DNA from: Candidatus Omnitrophota bacterium
Lineage (GTDB): Bacteria > Omnitrophota > Gorgyraeia > Gygaellales > Profunditerraquicolaceae
Reading direction: 5' to 3'
Assembly (NCBI GenBank): GCA_041663665.1
Contig: JBAYMG010000001.1
Span: 193,482-257,481 of the forward strand
DNA length: 64,000 nucleotides
A program made the translations under genes and the position numbers. Below are positions 45,512 to 55,385 of this stretch, piece by piece. Within the stretch, counting starts at the first letter, position 1; each line of letters begins with the position of its first letter. A model generated the notes under the pieces. The model searched no databases and was not told the DNA's origin. It was given only the letters and a program-made list of their open reading frames with translations.

Positions 45512-46816
45512 TTATTCCAGCTGGTTAACTAAATATTTTTTTAATTGATCTAATGAAATTCTCTCTTGCAGCATAGTATCACGGGATCGTACGGTTACTT
45601 GTTTATCCTCCAGTGTTTGGACATCAACGGTTACACAATAAAGTGTGCCAACTTCATCCTGCCTGCGGTAGAGTTTGCCGATTGACCCGGTATCATCGTA
45701 AACCGTAACCATTGATTTTTTTAAATCTTTGGAAATATTTTGGGCTAGTTCCACAATCTCTGACCGGTTACGTAAAAGCGGTAAAACGGCTACTTTAGTC
45801 GGCGCTAAATTTTTATTGAATTTTAAAACTACACGGTTATCTTCTTTAACTTTTTCTTCGTGATAAGCATCAACTAGTATTGCCAGGACACTTCTGTCTA
45901 CTCCCCCGCTTGGCTCAATTATGTAAGGGAAGAATCTTTCTTTTTTCTGATCATCAAAATAAGCCAGTTCTTTGTCGCTTGATTTAGAGTGTTGTTTAAG
46001 GTCATAGTCTGTGCGATTGGCAATTCCTTCTAATTCGCTCCAGCCAAACGGAAAATTATATTCGATGTCAGTGCAGCCTTGGGCATAATGAGCCAGTTCG
46101 TCTTTTGCGTGCTGGCGTTTGCGCAGGTTTTCTTTTTTTACTCCGAGGCTTAAATACCAGTTAAAGCGGTCTTCTACCCAGGCTCCATAAATCTTTTCGG
46201 CATCTTCAGGCCGGCAAAAATATTCAATTTCCATTTGTTCAAATTCGCGGGTACGGAAAGTGAAATTTCCCGGGGTAATTTCATTACGGAATGATTTGCC
46301 GATTTGGGCCAAGCCAAAAGGTAATTTGGGATGTTTTGAATCCAGGATGTTTTGAAAGTTTACAAACATGCCCTGGGCAGTTTCCGGCCGCAGGTGAATT
46401 GCATTGGAGGCGTCTTCTACCGGGCCCTGGTGCGTTTTAAACATTAAATTAAACGGCCGGGATTCAGTAAGCTCTCCGGAGCATTCCGGGCATTTATTTT
46501 TATCTTTTAAGTCTTCGGTTTTAAAGCGTTTTTTACAGATTTTACAGTCACTTTTTAAATCAAAAAAATTCTCGACATGGCCGCTTGCCTCCCAGACTTT
46601 AGGATGCATCAGGATCGCAGTATCCATGCCAAAAATATCATTTCTTTCATAGACGCAGGTTTTCCACCAGGCGCGCTTGAGGTTATTTTTTAGCTCGACT
46701 CCAAAAGGCCCGTAGTCCCAAGTGTTGGCCAGTCCGCCGTAAATCTCGCTGCCTTGAAAAATAAATCCTCTGCGTTTGCACAGGGAAGCAATTTTATCCA
46801 TCAAATTTTCAGCCAT
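45512..46816 (-). CDS. glyQS: glycine--tRNA ligase (alpha2 dimeric type)
   Basis: RGFIFQGSEIYGGLANTWDYGP N-terminal signature of class II GlyRS. Confidence 0.9.
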   Translation of the reverse strand: MAENLMDKIASLCKRRGFIFQGSEIYGGLANTWDYGPFGVELKNNLKRAWWKTCVYERNDIFGMDTAILMHPKVWEASGHVENFFDLKSDCKICKKRFKTEDLKDKNKCPECSGELTESRPFNLMFKTHQGPVEDASNAIHLRPETAQGMFVNFQNILDSKHPKLPFGLAQIGKSFRNEITPGNFTFRTREFEQMEIEYFCRPEDAEKIYGAWVEDRFNWYLSLGVKKENLRKRQHAKDELAHYAQGCTDIEYNFPFGWSELEGIANRTDYDLKQHSKSSDKELAYFDDQKKERFFPYIIEPSGGVDRSVLAILVDAYHEEKVKEDNRVVLKFNKNLAPTKVAVLPLLRNRSEIVELAQNISKDLKKSMVTVYDDTGSIGKLYRRQDEVGTLYCVTVDVQTLEDKQVTVRSRDTMLQERISLDQLKKYLVNQLE

Positions 46817-46871
46817 AGTCTTTTATTTTTAGCTCAATTTAACTTAAAAGTCAAGCAGAGTTTATATTCAG

Positions 46872-47603
46872 TTATTCTCGACTTTGATTATTCAACGGTT
46901 TTAATGTTGAGATTATAGCAAAGACATTGTTTAGGTCAAGATAGCCCCCAATATCTTTTATGTAAACTTTGAAGAAATTTCCTTTTTGGTCAATGATGTT
47001 GCAATCAAAGTAATTATCCGGTTTAGCCAGTGTATAATTAATAAAACCTTGAGTTTGGTTTAGTTTGAATTTGATCATTTTGGCGATGTTCTGGTTTCCA
47101 ATGTCAGGAGTAAAAACGCTTTTCATGATTACAAAAAAGGCATCAGTAAGATTATTTATTTGATTAAAATTAGCATAGGTAAGATGGCGCATGAATTCAT
47201 AATTATCCATGATTCCTTGTTTTTGAACATCAGGATAAAGTTTGATAAATGTTTTTGGTTCCTGATAAAGAAGGAAGATGACGGCCTTATGATTAGCATG
47301 CCTTTTTTTATAGTAATCTTTTTTAATTAATTCCTGGATTATGTTAAAACGTTTTGGTACAGAAATCGACATTTTCGGGAAGGTGTACGGGACTAATGTT
47401 CCAAGGTATTCTTTATTAATCTCAGGTTCGAAAACATAGTCTTCCGGCTGGCGGCAGAGTATTGGGATACTTTTGCAGTCTCCAATACCATAAGTAATAT
47501 ATTGTTTTAAAATATTGGGCCCGGCAAGTTTAATTATCGGAATTAAACATAAACCAAGAATGAGTGTGTTAATTAAATATTTGAAAAATCGCTTAGGCGT
47601 CAT
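46872..47603 (-). CDS. membrane-anchored hypothetical protein
   Basis: Start moved to an internal Met to limit overlap with panB; one TM helix. Confidence 0.4.
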   Translation of the reverse strand: MTPKRFFKYLINTLILGLCLIPIIKLAGPNILKQYITYGIGDCKSIPILCRQPEDYVFEPEINKEYLGTLVPYTFPKMSISVPKRFNIIQELIKKDYYKKRHANHKAVIFLLYQEPKTFIKLYPDVQKQGIMDNYEFMRHLTYANFNQINNLTDAFFVIMKSVFTPDIGNQNIAKMIKFKLNQTQGFINYTLAKPDNYFDCNIIDQKGNFFKVYIKDIGGYLDLNNVFAIISTLKPLNNQSRE

Positions 47604-48417
47604 GTATCTTTTTAAACTCCTCTTCTTTAATAGTAAAGGAATGCTCCGGATCGGGAAATTTTCCTTGAACAACCTCATTTTTAAAATCTTGAACAGCTTT
47701 TAAAATTATCTCAGAAAGGTTAGTGTATTGTTTGACAAATTTGGGAGTGTAGCGTTCAAAGAGCCCGAGCATATCGTTTACGACCAGTACTTGTCCATCG
47801 CAATGAACTCCCGCTCCTATGCCTATGGTTGGAACTTTAAGTCTTTTAGTAATTAGTTCGGATATTTTGCTCGGGACACATTCCAAAAGAATAGCAAAGC
47901 AGCCCAATTTTTCTAAAATCAAGGCTTGGTCAATAAGCTTTTGGGCGGTTAGGGCGTCTTTGCCCTGTACTTTAAATCCTCCGATTTTATCTGCGGTCTG
48001 AGGAGTTAATCCGATATGGCCCATAACCGGTATACCTGAACTAATAATGTTTTTAGTTACTTCCGGGCAATTTGGGAACCATTCTAATTTTACTGCCTGG
48101 CAGCCGGCTTCCTTAATAAAACGTTTGGCATTTTTGACTGATTCTTGAGAGTTGATTTGATAAGAACTGTAGGGCATATCTGCGATTACTAGCGCGTTTT
48201 TTACCGCACGAGTTACCGCTTTGCTGTGGTGCAGCATCTCTTCGATTCCGATTTGAGTGGTAGATTCAAGGCCCAGCACGACATTGGCCAGGGAATCTCC
48301 GATAAGGATTATATCGATTCCTGCTTTATCCAGGATACTGGCTATAGGGTAATCGTAAGCCGTAAGTACGGTAATTTTACGCCTGCCTTTTAATTCCAAG
48401 ATATTTTTAGTATCCAT
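47593..48417 (-). CDS. panB: 3-methyl-2-oxobutanoate hydroxymethyltransferase
   Basis: KITVLTAYDYP...IILIGDSLANVVLG signature. Confidence 0.9.
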   Translation of the reverse strand: MDTKNILELKGRRKITVLTAYDYPIASILDKAGIDIILIGDSLANVVLGLESTTQIGIEEMLHHSKAVTRAVKNALVIADMPYSSYQINSQESVKNAKRFIKEAGCQAVKLEWFPNCPEVTKNIISSGIPVMGHIGLTPQTADKIGGFKVQGKDALTAQKLIDQALILEKLGCFAILLECVPSKISELITKRLKVPTIGIGAGVHCDGQVLVVNDMLGLFERYTPKFVKQYTNLSEIILKAVQDFKNEVVQGKFPDPEHSFTIKEEEFKKIHDA

Positions 48418-48424
48418 AAAATCC

Positions 48425-49690
48425 TTATTTGAAAAAGCGGTTGATTAAAGGAGAAATTATGAGCATTACAGTCAGGATTATGAGAATAACTGTAGTTGAC
48501 CAGCCGATAGTATTTTGAAAAGTATTGTTGGTATATTTGCCCATAATTTTTTTGTTATTAACCATAAAAATCATTGAGATTAAAACTACCGGTAGAAGCA
48601 TAGCATTAATAATCTGGCTCCAAATGGTTATGGCAATCAACGGGGCGTTGGGGATAAGTATAATAATTACGCTGATTAAAATAATAAAAGTAAATAAGGC
48701 ATAAAATTGTGGCGCTTCATTTAGTTTTTTATTTATCCCTGCCTCAAATCCAAAAGCTTCGCAAACATAGAAAGCAGTAGCTAACGGCAGAATTGTGGCA
48801 GAAAATACTGAGGCTACAAATAATCCAAATGCAAAAAGCTGGCTGGCAAAAACTCCGGCAAAAGGCTTAAGTGAAACAGCCGCATCTTTAGCTTCATTAA
48901 TGATAATGCCATTTTGGTGCAAAGTGGCTGCGCAGGCAACCATAATAAAAAATGCCACGACGATTGTTGCTACGCATCCGACAATTACGTCAGCTAAGAC
49001 GAATTTATAATCCTCTTTTTTGATTCCCTTTTCGATAACTGCCGACTGCATATAAAATTGCATCCAGGGGGCAATGGTTGTTCCAACTATACCTAAAACC
49101 ATCCCCAGGTAATCTTTGGTAAGATGCATTTGTGGTTTTATGAGAGAGGTGCCGATTTGGGCCCAGTCAGGTTTTGATAATAACGCTGATACGATATAGG
49201 ATAAAAGACAGAAACTAAAAAGCAAAAAAACTCTCTCGGCAATTTTGTAGTTTCCTTTAACTGCCAGTATCCATACACCGATAGCCACAAAAGGAACTGA
49301 GATATACTTACTAATTCCAAAGATATCCATACTTCCAGCTACTCCGGCGAACTCTGTAGCAGTATTGCCGATGTCAGCTATAACTAGCCCAAGAAAAATG
49401 AAAAAAGTAATTTTTAAGCCGAAATTTTCGCGGATTAAATCGGCCAGGCCTTTGCCGGTGATAATCCCCATTCTGGCGTTCATTTCTTGTACGACAGTTA
49501 AAATTATAAAAGACGGAATTAATGTCCATAAAAGTTTATATCCATAAACTGCCCCGGCCACTGAGTAAGTGGTGATACCTCCGGCATCATTATCTACGCT
49601 TCCGGTAACTATTCCCGGACCCAAGATGCTGATAAAGATAATTAAGTTTCTAATTGTCGGGTTATCTTTTAATTTTTCAATGAATTTCAT
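48425..49690 (-). CDS. NRAMP-family divalent metal cation transporter
   Basis: GPGIVTGSVDNDAGGITTYS N-terminal Nramp motif; 11 to 12 TM segments. Confidence 0.85.
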   Translation of the reverse strand: MKFIEKLKDNPTIRNLIIFISILGPGIVTGSVDNDAGGITTYSVAGAVYGYKLLWTLIPSFIILTVVQEMNARMGIITGKGLADLIRENFGLKITFFIFLGLVIADIGNTATEFAGVAGSMDIFGISKYISVPFVAIGVWILAVKGNYKIAERVFLLFSFCLLSYIVSALLSKPDWAQIGTSLIKPQMHLTKDYLGMVLGIVGTTIAPWMQFYMQSAVIEKGIKKEDYKFVLADVIVGCVATIVVAFFIMVACAATLHQNGIIINEAKDAAVSLKPFAGVFASQLFAFGLFVASVFSATILPLATAFYVCEAFGFEAGINKKLNEAPQFYALFTFIILISVIIILIPNAPLIAITIWSQIINAMLLPVVLISMIFMVNNKKIMGKYTNNTFQNTIGWSTTVILIILTVMLIISPLINRFFK

Positions 49691-50979
49691 TTAATTTCCT
49701 CTGATTCTTGTTTCATGGGGTCAAATACCGCTTCAAAAGCGTCTTTGATAGTGATGATTCCTTGAACCTTCCCTAATTTGTCGACAACCGGAACAACTGT
49801 GAAATCATATTTGTAGAAAATCTCAGCGACATCTTTAAGTTTAGTGTCAATTTTAACTTTAGCAATTCTTTTACGCATAAAATCTGAAATTATTTTTTCG
49901 GGGGCGACCATTAATAGCTGTTGCAGGGTTATTACTCCAACCAGAGTATCGTTTTCATCGGTAACATAAATATAATAAATCGATTCTTTTTTACGCGTTC
50001 CTTTTTTTATTTTTTCTAAGACAGAACTTGCGGTTTCTGTCTGGCGGGCAGCAACAAATTCAGTGTTCATAATGCTGCCGGCAATATTTTGGGCGTGCCC
50101 AAGCAAGCTTGAAATTTGGGTTACTTTTTCCGGTGGAAGTTTAAGAAAAATAGAATTAATTTTCTTTTTAGTTAATTGCGAGAGGAGATCCGCTACCTCA
50201 TCCATCGGCATTTCATTAATCAGATCTAAAAGCAATTTTTGATCAATGGATTCAGCAATTTGTACACGGTTTTTTAATGGCAGTTCCTGGAATGTCCCTG
50301 CTGCTGTGGACGGATCTAAAGACCTTAATATAGTTATTCTTTCGTCAATGCTTAAATCATTTAAAATGTCGGCTAAGTCAGCCGGATGCAGTTCTGCTAA
50401 TTTTGAATGATGTATTTTTAGCGCAAGCGTTTCTTGGCCGATAGCATTAGTTACCGGTTGAACTGATTTCCAGGTAATCAGACGGTCTTCCATTTCGCAG
50501 GAAGAAAGTAATTTTACAAAAAATTGCACAAATTTTAAACATCCTAAACGGCGTAATATACCGGTAAAGCCGATGTCCATATGGACTACCCAGAGGCCCA
50601 GGCCTTCTTTAAGCAGGTGCAAATCGTTAACCCGGACAACTTTTGAACCATAAACATCGACAATTTGTTTATCCCAAAATGTTTCTTTAAGCGGAATATC
50701 GCCATTGATTGGGCCAAGATATTCACTAAAAGAGGCAGGTGTATTCTCAATAAAAATACCCTTCTCTTCGACCAGGATTTTTACGAATTTCCAGGGGATA
50801 TAAAATTTTTTACCTGATTTCCGGTCACGCATAATCAAGGCATTGACCTTAGGGTACATCTCTTTCATGGTTGCGGATAAATCAATTAACCGGCCGATTT
50901 TTTTGCCGGTTGCTGAATCGATTATCGGCAGTTTAATTATTTCGATTAAAAATATGAATTTTTTAACTACGGGGTTCAT
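49687..50979 (-). CDS. soluble PRC-barrel x2 / MgtE-N / CBS-pair protein (MgtE cytoplasmic regulatory module without the pore)
   Basis: IIDSATGKKIGRLIDL PRC-barrel pattern; central MgtE_N-like helical region; CBS pair; no TM domain; 4-nt ATGA overlap with the NRAMP gene. Confidence 0.65.
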   Translation of the reverse strand: MNPVVKKFIFLIEIIKLPIIDSATGKKIGRLIDLSATMKEMYPKVNALIMRDRKSGKKFYIPWKFVKILVEEKGIFIENTPASFSEYLGPINGDIPLKETFWDKQIVDVYGSKVVRVNDLHLLKEGLGLWVVHMDIGFTGILRRLGCLKFVQFFVKLLSSCEMEDRLITWKSVQPVTNAIGQETLALKIHHSKLAELHPADLADILNDLSIDERITILRSLDPSTAAGTFQELPLKNRVQIAESIDQKLLLDLINEMPMDEVADLLSQLTKKKINSIFLKLPPEKVTQISSLLGHAQNIAGSIMNTEFVAARQTETASSVLEKIKKGTRKKESIYYIYVTDENDTLVGVITLQQLLMVAPEKIISDFMRKRIAKVKIDTKLKDVAEIFYKYDFTVVPVVDKLGKVQGIITIKDAFEAVFDPMKQESEEIK

Positions 50980-50982
50980 TTT

Positions 50983-51918
50983 TTAGAAGATTTTTCCTTG
51001 GGTATTAGGAAATTTTTTAAGTATTTCTTTAGATTTTTCTTTTCCTAACACAAATAATATTGTAGATAATGCGTCAGCAGTTAAGCCATCATTTGCGATT
51101 ACAGTTACAGAATTAATTCTTGAATCTACCGGGTAACCGGTTAGGGGGTTAATTATGTGGCAATAACGTTTTTCGTCTTTTATAAAAAACTGTTCGTAGT
51201 TACCGCTGGTTGATGCCGATTTATTTTTTAATTCTAAAGTTTCGCCAATTTCAAATTTGTTTTTCCCTTGAATGGCAATTTTCCAGGGTTTACCGAATTT
51301 ATCCCCCAGGGCATATATTTGTCCGCCGGCGTAAATTAAGCAGTTATTTATATTTTTTTCTCTTAATTTTTTAACCGCACAATCCAGCGCAAATCCTTTG
51401 GCTATTGCCCCTAAGTCAATCAGCATTCCCGGAAGCCTAAATTCTACCACATTATCGAGCTCATGCAAAATAATTTTATCGCTGCCAACAAGCTTTAAGG
51501 CAGCCTTAATTTCTTGTTCTGTGGGCAGGTAATGTTTTTGGCTGGTAAAGCCCCAAAGGCTGACTAAGGGGCTAACGGTTATGTCAAACGCTCCGGAACT
51601 GGCTGTGTAAAACTCTTTTGACCTTTTGATAATGTAAAAGGTATCTGCGCTTACTTTTAATTTTCCTAAGCGGTTAAGTTGGGAAACTTCGCTTTCTTCC
51701 TTATATTTGCTTAATAACTGGTCTAGCCGGGCTACTTCTTTTAAGACAATTTGACCGGCTTCCTTGCTTGGGGATGTTACCTCCCAGAAAGTTCCCATCA
51801 AAATCTGGTTATCGTGATAGAGTCTTTTAGGAGGTTGGTTAAAAAATAATAAAGCAATTGACCAGCCGATGATTAAAAGAATAACTAAATATTTACGGAT
51901 TTCTTTGCTAAAGGCCAT
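50983..51918 (-). CDS. apbE: FAD:protein FMN transferase (ApbE family)
   Basis: ILMGTFWEV..., IDLGAIAKGFALD motifs. Confidence 0.8.
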   Translation of the reverse strand: MAFSKEIRKYLVILLIIGWSIALLFFNQPPKRLYHDNQILMGTFWEVTSPSKEAGQIVLKEVARLDQLLSKYKEESEVSQLNRLGKLKVSADTFYIIKRSKEFYTASSGAFDITVSPLVSLWGFTSQKHYLPTEQEIKAALKLVGSDKIILHELDNVVEFRLPGMLIDLGAIAKGFALDCAVKKLREKNINNCLIYAGGQIYALGDKFGKPWKIAIQGKNKFEIGETLELKNKSASTSGNYEQFFIKDEKRYCHIINPLTGYPVDSRINSVTVIANDGLTADALSTILFVLGKEKSKEILKKFPNTQGKIF

Positions 51919-51921
51919 TTT

Positions 51922-52851
51922 TTAAGAAGTTGTCAGCTTATAATTTGATTCGATTGCATTGACTAAATCAAGCAGGAATTTATTAGTGGGTACTTCAATT
52001 CCTAGTTCTTGCCCAAGGCGGACAATTACTCCGTTAATAAAATCAACTTCAGTGCGTTTTTTTTTCAAGACATCTTGGAGCATTGAAGAAAGATTGCCGG
52101 AGGTGCTTTCGCAGACTGCTTCAACTTTAGCCAGCGGATCATCGAAAGTTAACTTAATACGTTTCTTTTTAGCAATCCGTGTAGCCTCGGTAACGGCGTT
52201 TCTTAAAATTCTTTTTGTACCTTCGAATTGTATAAGTTTACCGTTAGGTAGGCGGGTAATTGCGCTTAGGGCATTGATACCGACATTAATAATTAATTTT
52301 GACCAGATCAGGCTTTTTATATCCCGGGTCATTTTAGTTTCAAATCCTGCTTTATTGAAGGCTTCGCGGATTGCGCGTATCTCAACCGGAGTCTTTCCGC
52401 CGATTGCACCGATAATAGTCTCTCCTTTTCCGGCATGGCGGATTTTTCCCAAGTCAATTAAAGTTGAGCCTTCATTGGTTACTCCGCCGATTACCCGGTC
52501 TTCGCCAGCAATTTCAGCAATAATCTCCAGGTTCCCTACTCCGTTTTGTAAAGTTAAAATTTTAGTATGTGTAGTTAATAAAGGTTTAATCTGTTCAATG
52601 GCTGTTTTAGTGTCAAATGATTTTACACAGACAATTATCAAATCTGTTTTCCCAATGTCCTGGACACTGGATGTAACTTTTACCTTCACCTGAAAGGTAT
52701 TCGATGTTCCTTCGACAGAAATTCCTGATTCATTAAGCTTAGAAGCATTTTCTTTGGATTTATCTAAGAGCCAAACGTCTTCTTTAGATTTTGTTAAAAA
52801 AGCGGCAAAAAGGCATCCTATTGCTCCTGAACCGACAATAGCAATTTTCAT
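51922..52851 (-). CDS. panE: 2-dehydropantoate 2-reductase
   Basis: MKIAIVGSGAIGCLFAAFL Rossmann N-terminus; ApbA C-terminal domain. Confidence 0.8.
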   Translation of the reverse strand: MKIAIVGSGAIGCLFAAFLTKSKEDVWLLDKSKENASKLNESGISVEGTSNTFQVKVKVTSSVQDIGKTDLIIVCVKSFDTKTAIEQIKPLLTTHTKILTLQNGVGNLEIIAEIAGEDRVIGGVTNEGSTLIDLGKIRHAGKGETIIGAIGGKTPVEIRAIREAFNKAGFETKMTRDIKSLIWSKLIINVGINALSAITRLPNGKLIQFEGTKRILRNAVTEATRIAKKKRIKLTFDDPLAKVEAVCESTSGNLSSMLQDVLKKKRTEVDFINGVIVRLGQELGIEVPTNKFLLDLVNAIESNYKLTTS

Positions 52852-53603
52852 ACCACTTCCTCCATTTTGCTCAATACTTTTTGAGATTTTAATTCACGGC
52901 CAAGATGAAAATTTAAGAAGGCGTTAAGAATTATATCTAACTCTTTTTTTATTTGGGGGTTCATTCCCAGATTCAGACTGTTGGAAAAACTGTTTTTTTC
53001 AATATGCAATACTGTTCCGATGGTGCCGCGAAAAATTGAACGGCTGGCGGGGTCTTTTTGTATGCAGCTGGGGCAAAGCAGCCCGCCAAGCGATAAACTG
53101 AATTTGGATTGCCCCATAATTTTGTTCAAACAAGAAACACAGGAATCAAAATGTGGTTTAAAACCCGAAAGCTCCAAGATTTTAATTTTAAAAATTGTTG
53201 CGATTTTTTCAGGATTGTAATTAGTTTCCAATTCTTTTAGGGCGGCTATTGCTAAATTAAAGATCTCTTCGTTTTTATCCTCCACCTGCATTATTGAACC
53301 AATCAAATCCATCATAAATCCTGCGGTGTTCGCCCTTTCGATACTTTGCCGGATGCCGGTGAAGTTGTTTAATTTATCTGCCTGGCTGACTAAATGCAGT
53401 TCGGAATGCGTTTTTCGATAAAAAATTATTTCATTTAAAGAGAATGGCTCTAAATTTGAAGCGAATTTTTCCGGTTCAGTGCGGATTCCTTTAAGTATCC
53501 CGCTAATTTTCCCGAATTCCTTAGTGTAAAAATTGACGATGATTGAGGTTTCACGTAAGTCATGTTTATTTAAAACAAGTGCTTGGGCTTTATCAATTGA
53601 CAT
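52848..53603 (-). CDS. recO: DNA repair protein RecO
   Basis: N-terminal OB (QALVLNKHDLRETSIIVNFYTKEFGK) and CVSC...CPSC zinc finger. Confidence 0.8.
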   Translation of the reverse strand: MSIDKAQALVLNKHDLRETSIIVNFYTKEFGKISGILKGIRTEPEKFASNLEPFSLNEIIFYRKTHSELHLVSQADKLNNFTGIRQSIERANTAGFMMDLIGSIMQVEDKNEEIFNLAIAALKELETNYNPEKIATIFKIKILELSGFKPHFDSCVSCLNKIMGQSKFSLSLGGLLCPSCIQKDPASRSIFRGTIGTVLHIEKNSFSNSLNLGMNPQIKKELDIILNAFLNFHLGRELKSQKVLSKMEEVV

Positions 53604-54006
53604 ATTGTTTTTCCTTATTACGCATCAATTCCGTTTGAGTTTTTGTTTGGTCGTTGTAACCAAGTAAATGCAGTAATCCGTGGGCAACGTAAAGGTGTAA
53701 TTCATAACCAACAGTTGTTTTGAAAGTAATTGACTGTTTAATTGCCATGTCAGTAGAAATCATAATGTCAGCCAAAAGTTCATCATCGGTATTGCTTAAA
53801 TTAAAAGCCAAGACATCTGTAAAATCTTTAGTTTTATGAAATTTAGTATTAAATTTTCGGATAAGCTGATTGTTTACAAAACAGAGGTTAATGTGCCCAT
53901 TTTTTTTAAATTTTTCGTTTTTTAGAATTTTAAAGATCAACCTTTTTATTTTTATTGGATGGATGATTAATTTATTTTGTAAGTTCTTTATGGTTATTTT
54001 CATCAA
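53593..54006 (-). CDS. ybeY: rRNA maturation endoribonuclease YbeY
   Basis: HGLLHLLGYND metal-binding motif. Confidence 0.85.
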   Translation of the reverse strand: MMKITIKNLQNKLIIHPIKIKRLIFKILKNEKFKKNGHINLCFVNNQLIRKFNTKFHKTKDFTDVLAFNLSNTDDELLADIMISTDMAIKQSITFKTTVGYELHLYVAHGLLHLLGYNDQTKTQTELMRNKEKQYVN

Positions 54007-54053
54007 GTTCTATTGTTTTACTCTGTTTTTTTTAGAAGAAGGTAGAAAATAAT

Positions 54054-55385
54054 TTATTGCTTTCTATCCTGAGGATAATTTATGCGGCTGTGATACATGC
54101 CGCATAAGATCTTGATAAAAACACCTGAAATTTTTTCAATATCTTTTAAGGATAATTCACATTCGTCGAGTTGCCCATCGATAAATTTATTATTTATAAC
54201 TTTATGGACCATCTCTTCAATTTTATCCGGCGTAGGGTCTTTTAAGGAGCGGGTAGCTGCTTCAACAGAATCTGCCAGAAGCACGATTGCAGTTTCGCGG
54301 GTGTCTGGTTTTGGCCCGGGGTAGCGATAAATTTCTTCGGCTACCTCCTGGTTCTCTTCTTTTCCAACCAGGGCTCTTTGATAAAAATAATAAACCAGGC
54401 TGTTTCCGTGATGTTGTTGGATAAAACTCCAGAGTGCCGGTGAGAGTGAATATTTTTTAGCCAGCTCTAATCCTTCTTTAACATGGTTCATGATGATTAA
54501 TTTACTCATTGTTGGAGAAAGGTCGTCGTGCAGATTGTCTTTAATGTTTTGATTTTCAATGAAATATTCGGGTTTTTGTAATTTTCCAATATCATGGTAG
54601 TAAGCTCCGATTCTTGCCAATAGTCCGTTTGCCCCTACGGCGCAGCAAGCTGTATCTGAAAGATTACCGACAATCAGGCTGTGATGATAAGTACCGGGTG
54701 CTTCCAGTATCATGCGCTGCAAAACCGGATGATTTAAGTCGGCCAGCTCAAGTAAGCTGATGTTAGTTACTCTTTGCAGGATATATTCAAATAAAGGTAG
54801 AATGCCCAGAGTAATGATGCCGGAAAGTAAACCATTAATTAAAATTATCAGGTATCTTTGAGGATGGACTAATAGAAAATTTTCCAGAAGAATTAAGCTG
54901 GCTAATTGCAGTAAACCGGCAATTACACCGGCTCGGATTAATTTGCTGCGTTTACGTGCTCCATTTGCCAGAATTACTGCGCTGGTGCAGGATGTCATGA
55001 AGATAAACCAGGCTTTAAATGGTTCACAAGTTAAAATCGCCAGCGGCAAGCTGGTTGCCAGTGCTAAAAAATAAGCAACTTCAAGATTATTGAATAATAA
55101 AACACCAAGCATCGGTACGATGGCGATGGGGATAAAATAAAAAGACAATCCCTGCCTAAGGACAAAATAGCCGATGCAGAAAGAAATGAGAAATAAGAAA
55201 CATAAATTAGTAAGATTTGCTCCTTTTATTTTAGAAAACTTATTATAAAAACACAAATAAAGAAAAATTAAAAAAAATGGAACAGCAGGATTTATGTGGA
55301 TAATATAGCTGAATATGAACATAAAAGCGCATATTCCTGTGAAAATTAATTTATTATTATTGAGTAGTTTTTTCATATGCTTCAA
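54054..55385 (-). CDS. 7TM receptor with intracellular HD hydrolase domain (PgpH/YqfF-like)
   Basis: Seven TM helices plus YYHDIGK HDIG motif; canonical phoH-(7TM-HD)-ybeY gene order. Confidence 0.8.
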   Translation of the reverse strand: MKHMKKLLNNNKLIFTGICAFMFIFSYIIHINPAVPFFLIFLYLCFYNKFSKIKGANLTNLCFLFLISFCIGYFVLRQGLSFYFIPIAIVPMLGVLLFNNLEVAYFLALATSLPLAILTCEPFKAWFIFMTSCTSAVILANGARKRSKLIRAGVIAGLLQLASLILLENFLLVHPQRYLIILINGLLSGIITLGILPLFEYILQRVTNISLLELADLNHPVLQRMILEAPGTYHHSLIVGNLSDTACCAVGANGLLARIGAYYHDIGKLQKPEYFIENQNIKDNLHDDLSPTMSKLIIMNHVKEGLELAKKYSLSPALWSFIQQHHGNSLVYYFYQRALVGKEENQEVAEEIYRYPGPKPDTRETAIVLLADSVEAATRSLKDPTPDKIEEMVHKVINNKFIDGQLDECELSLKDIEKISGVFIKILCGMYHSRINYPQDRKQ

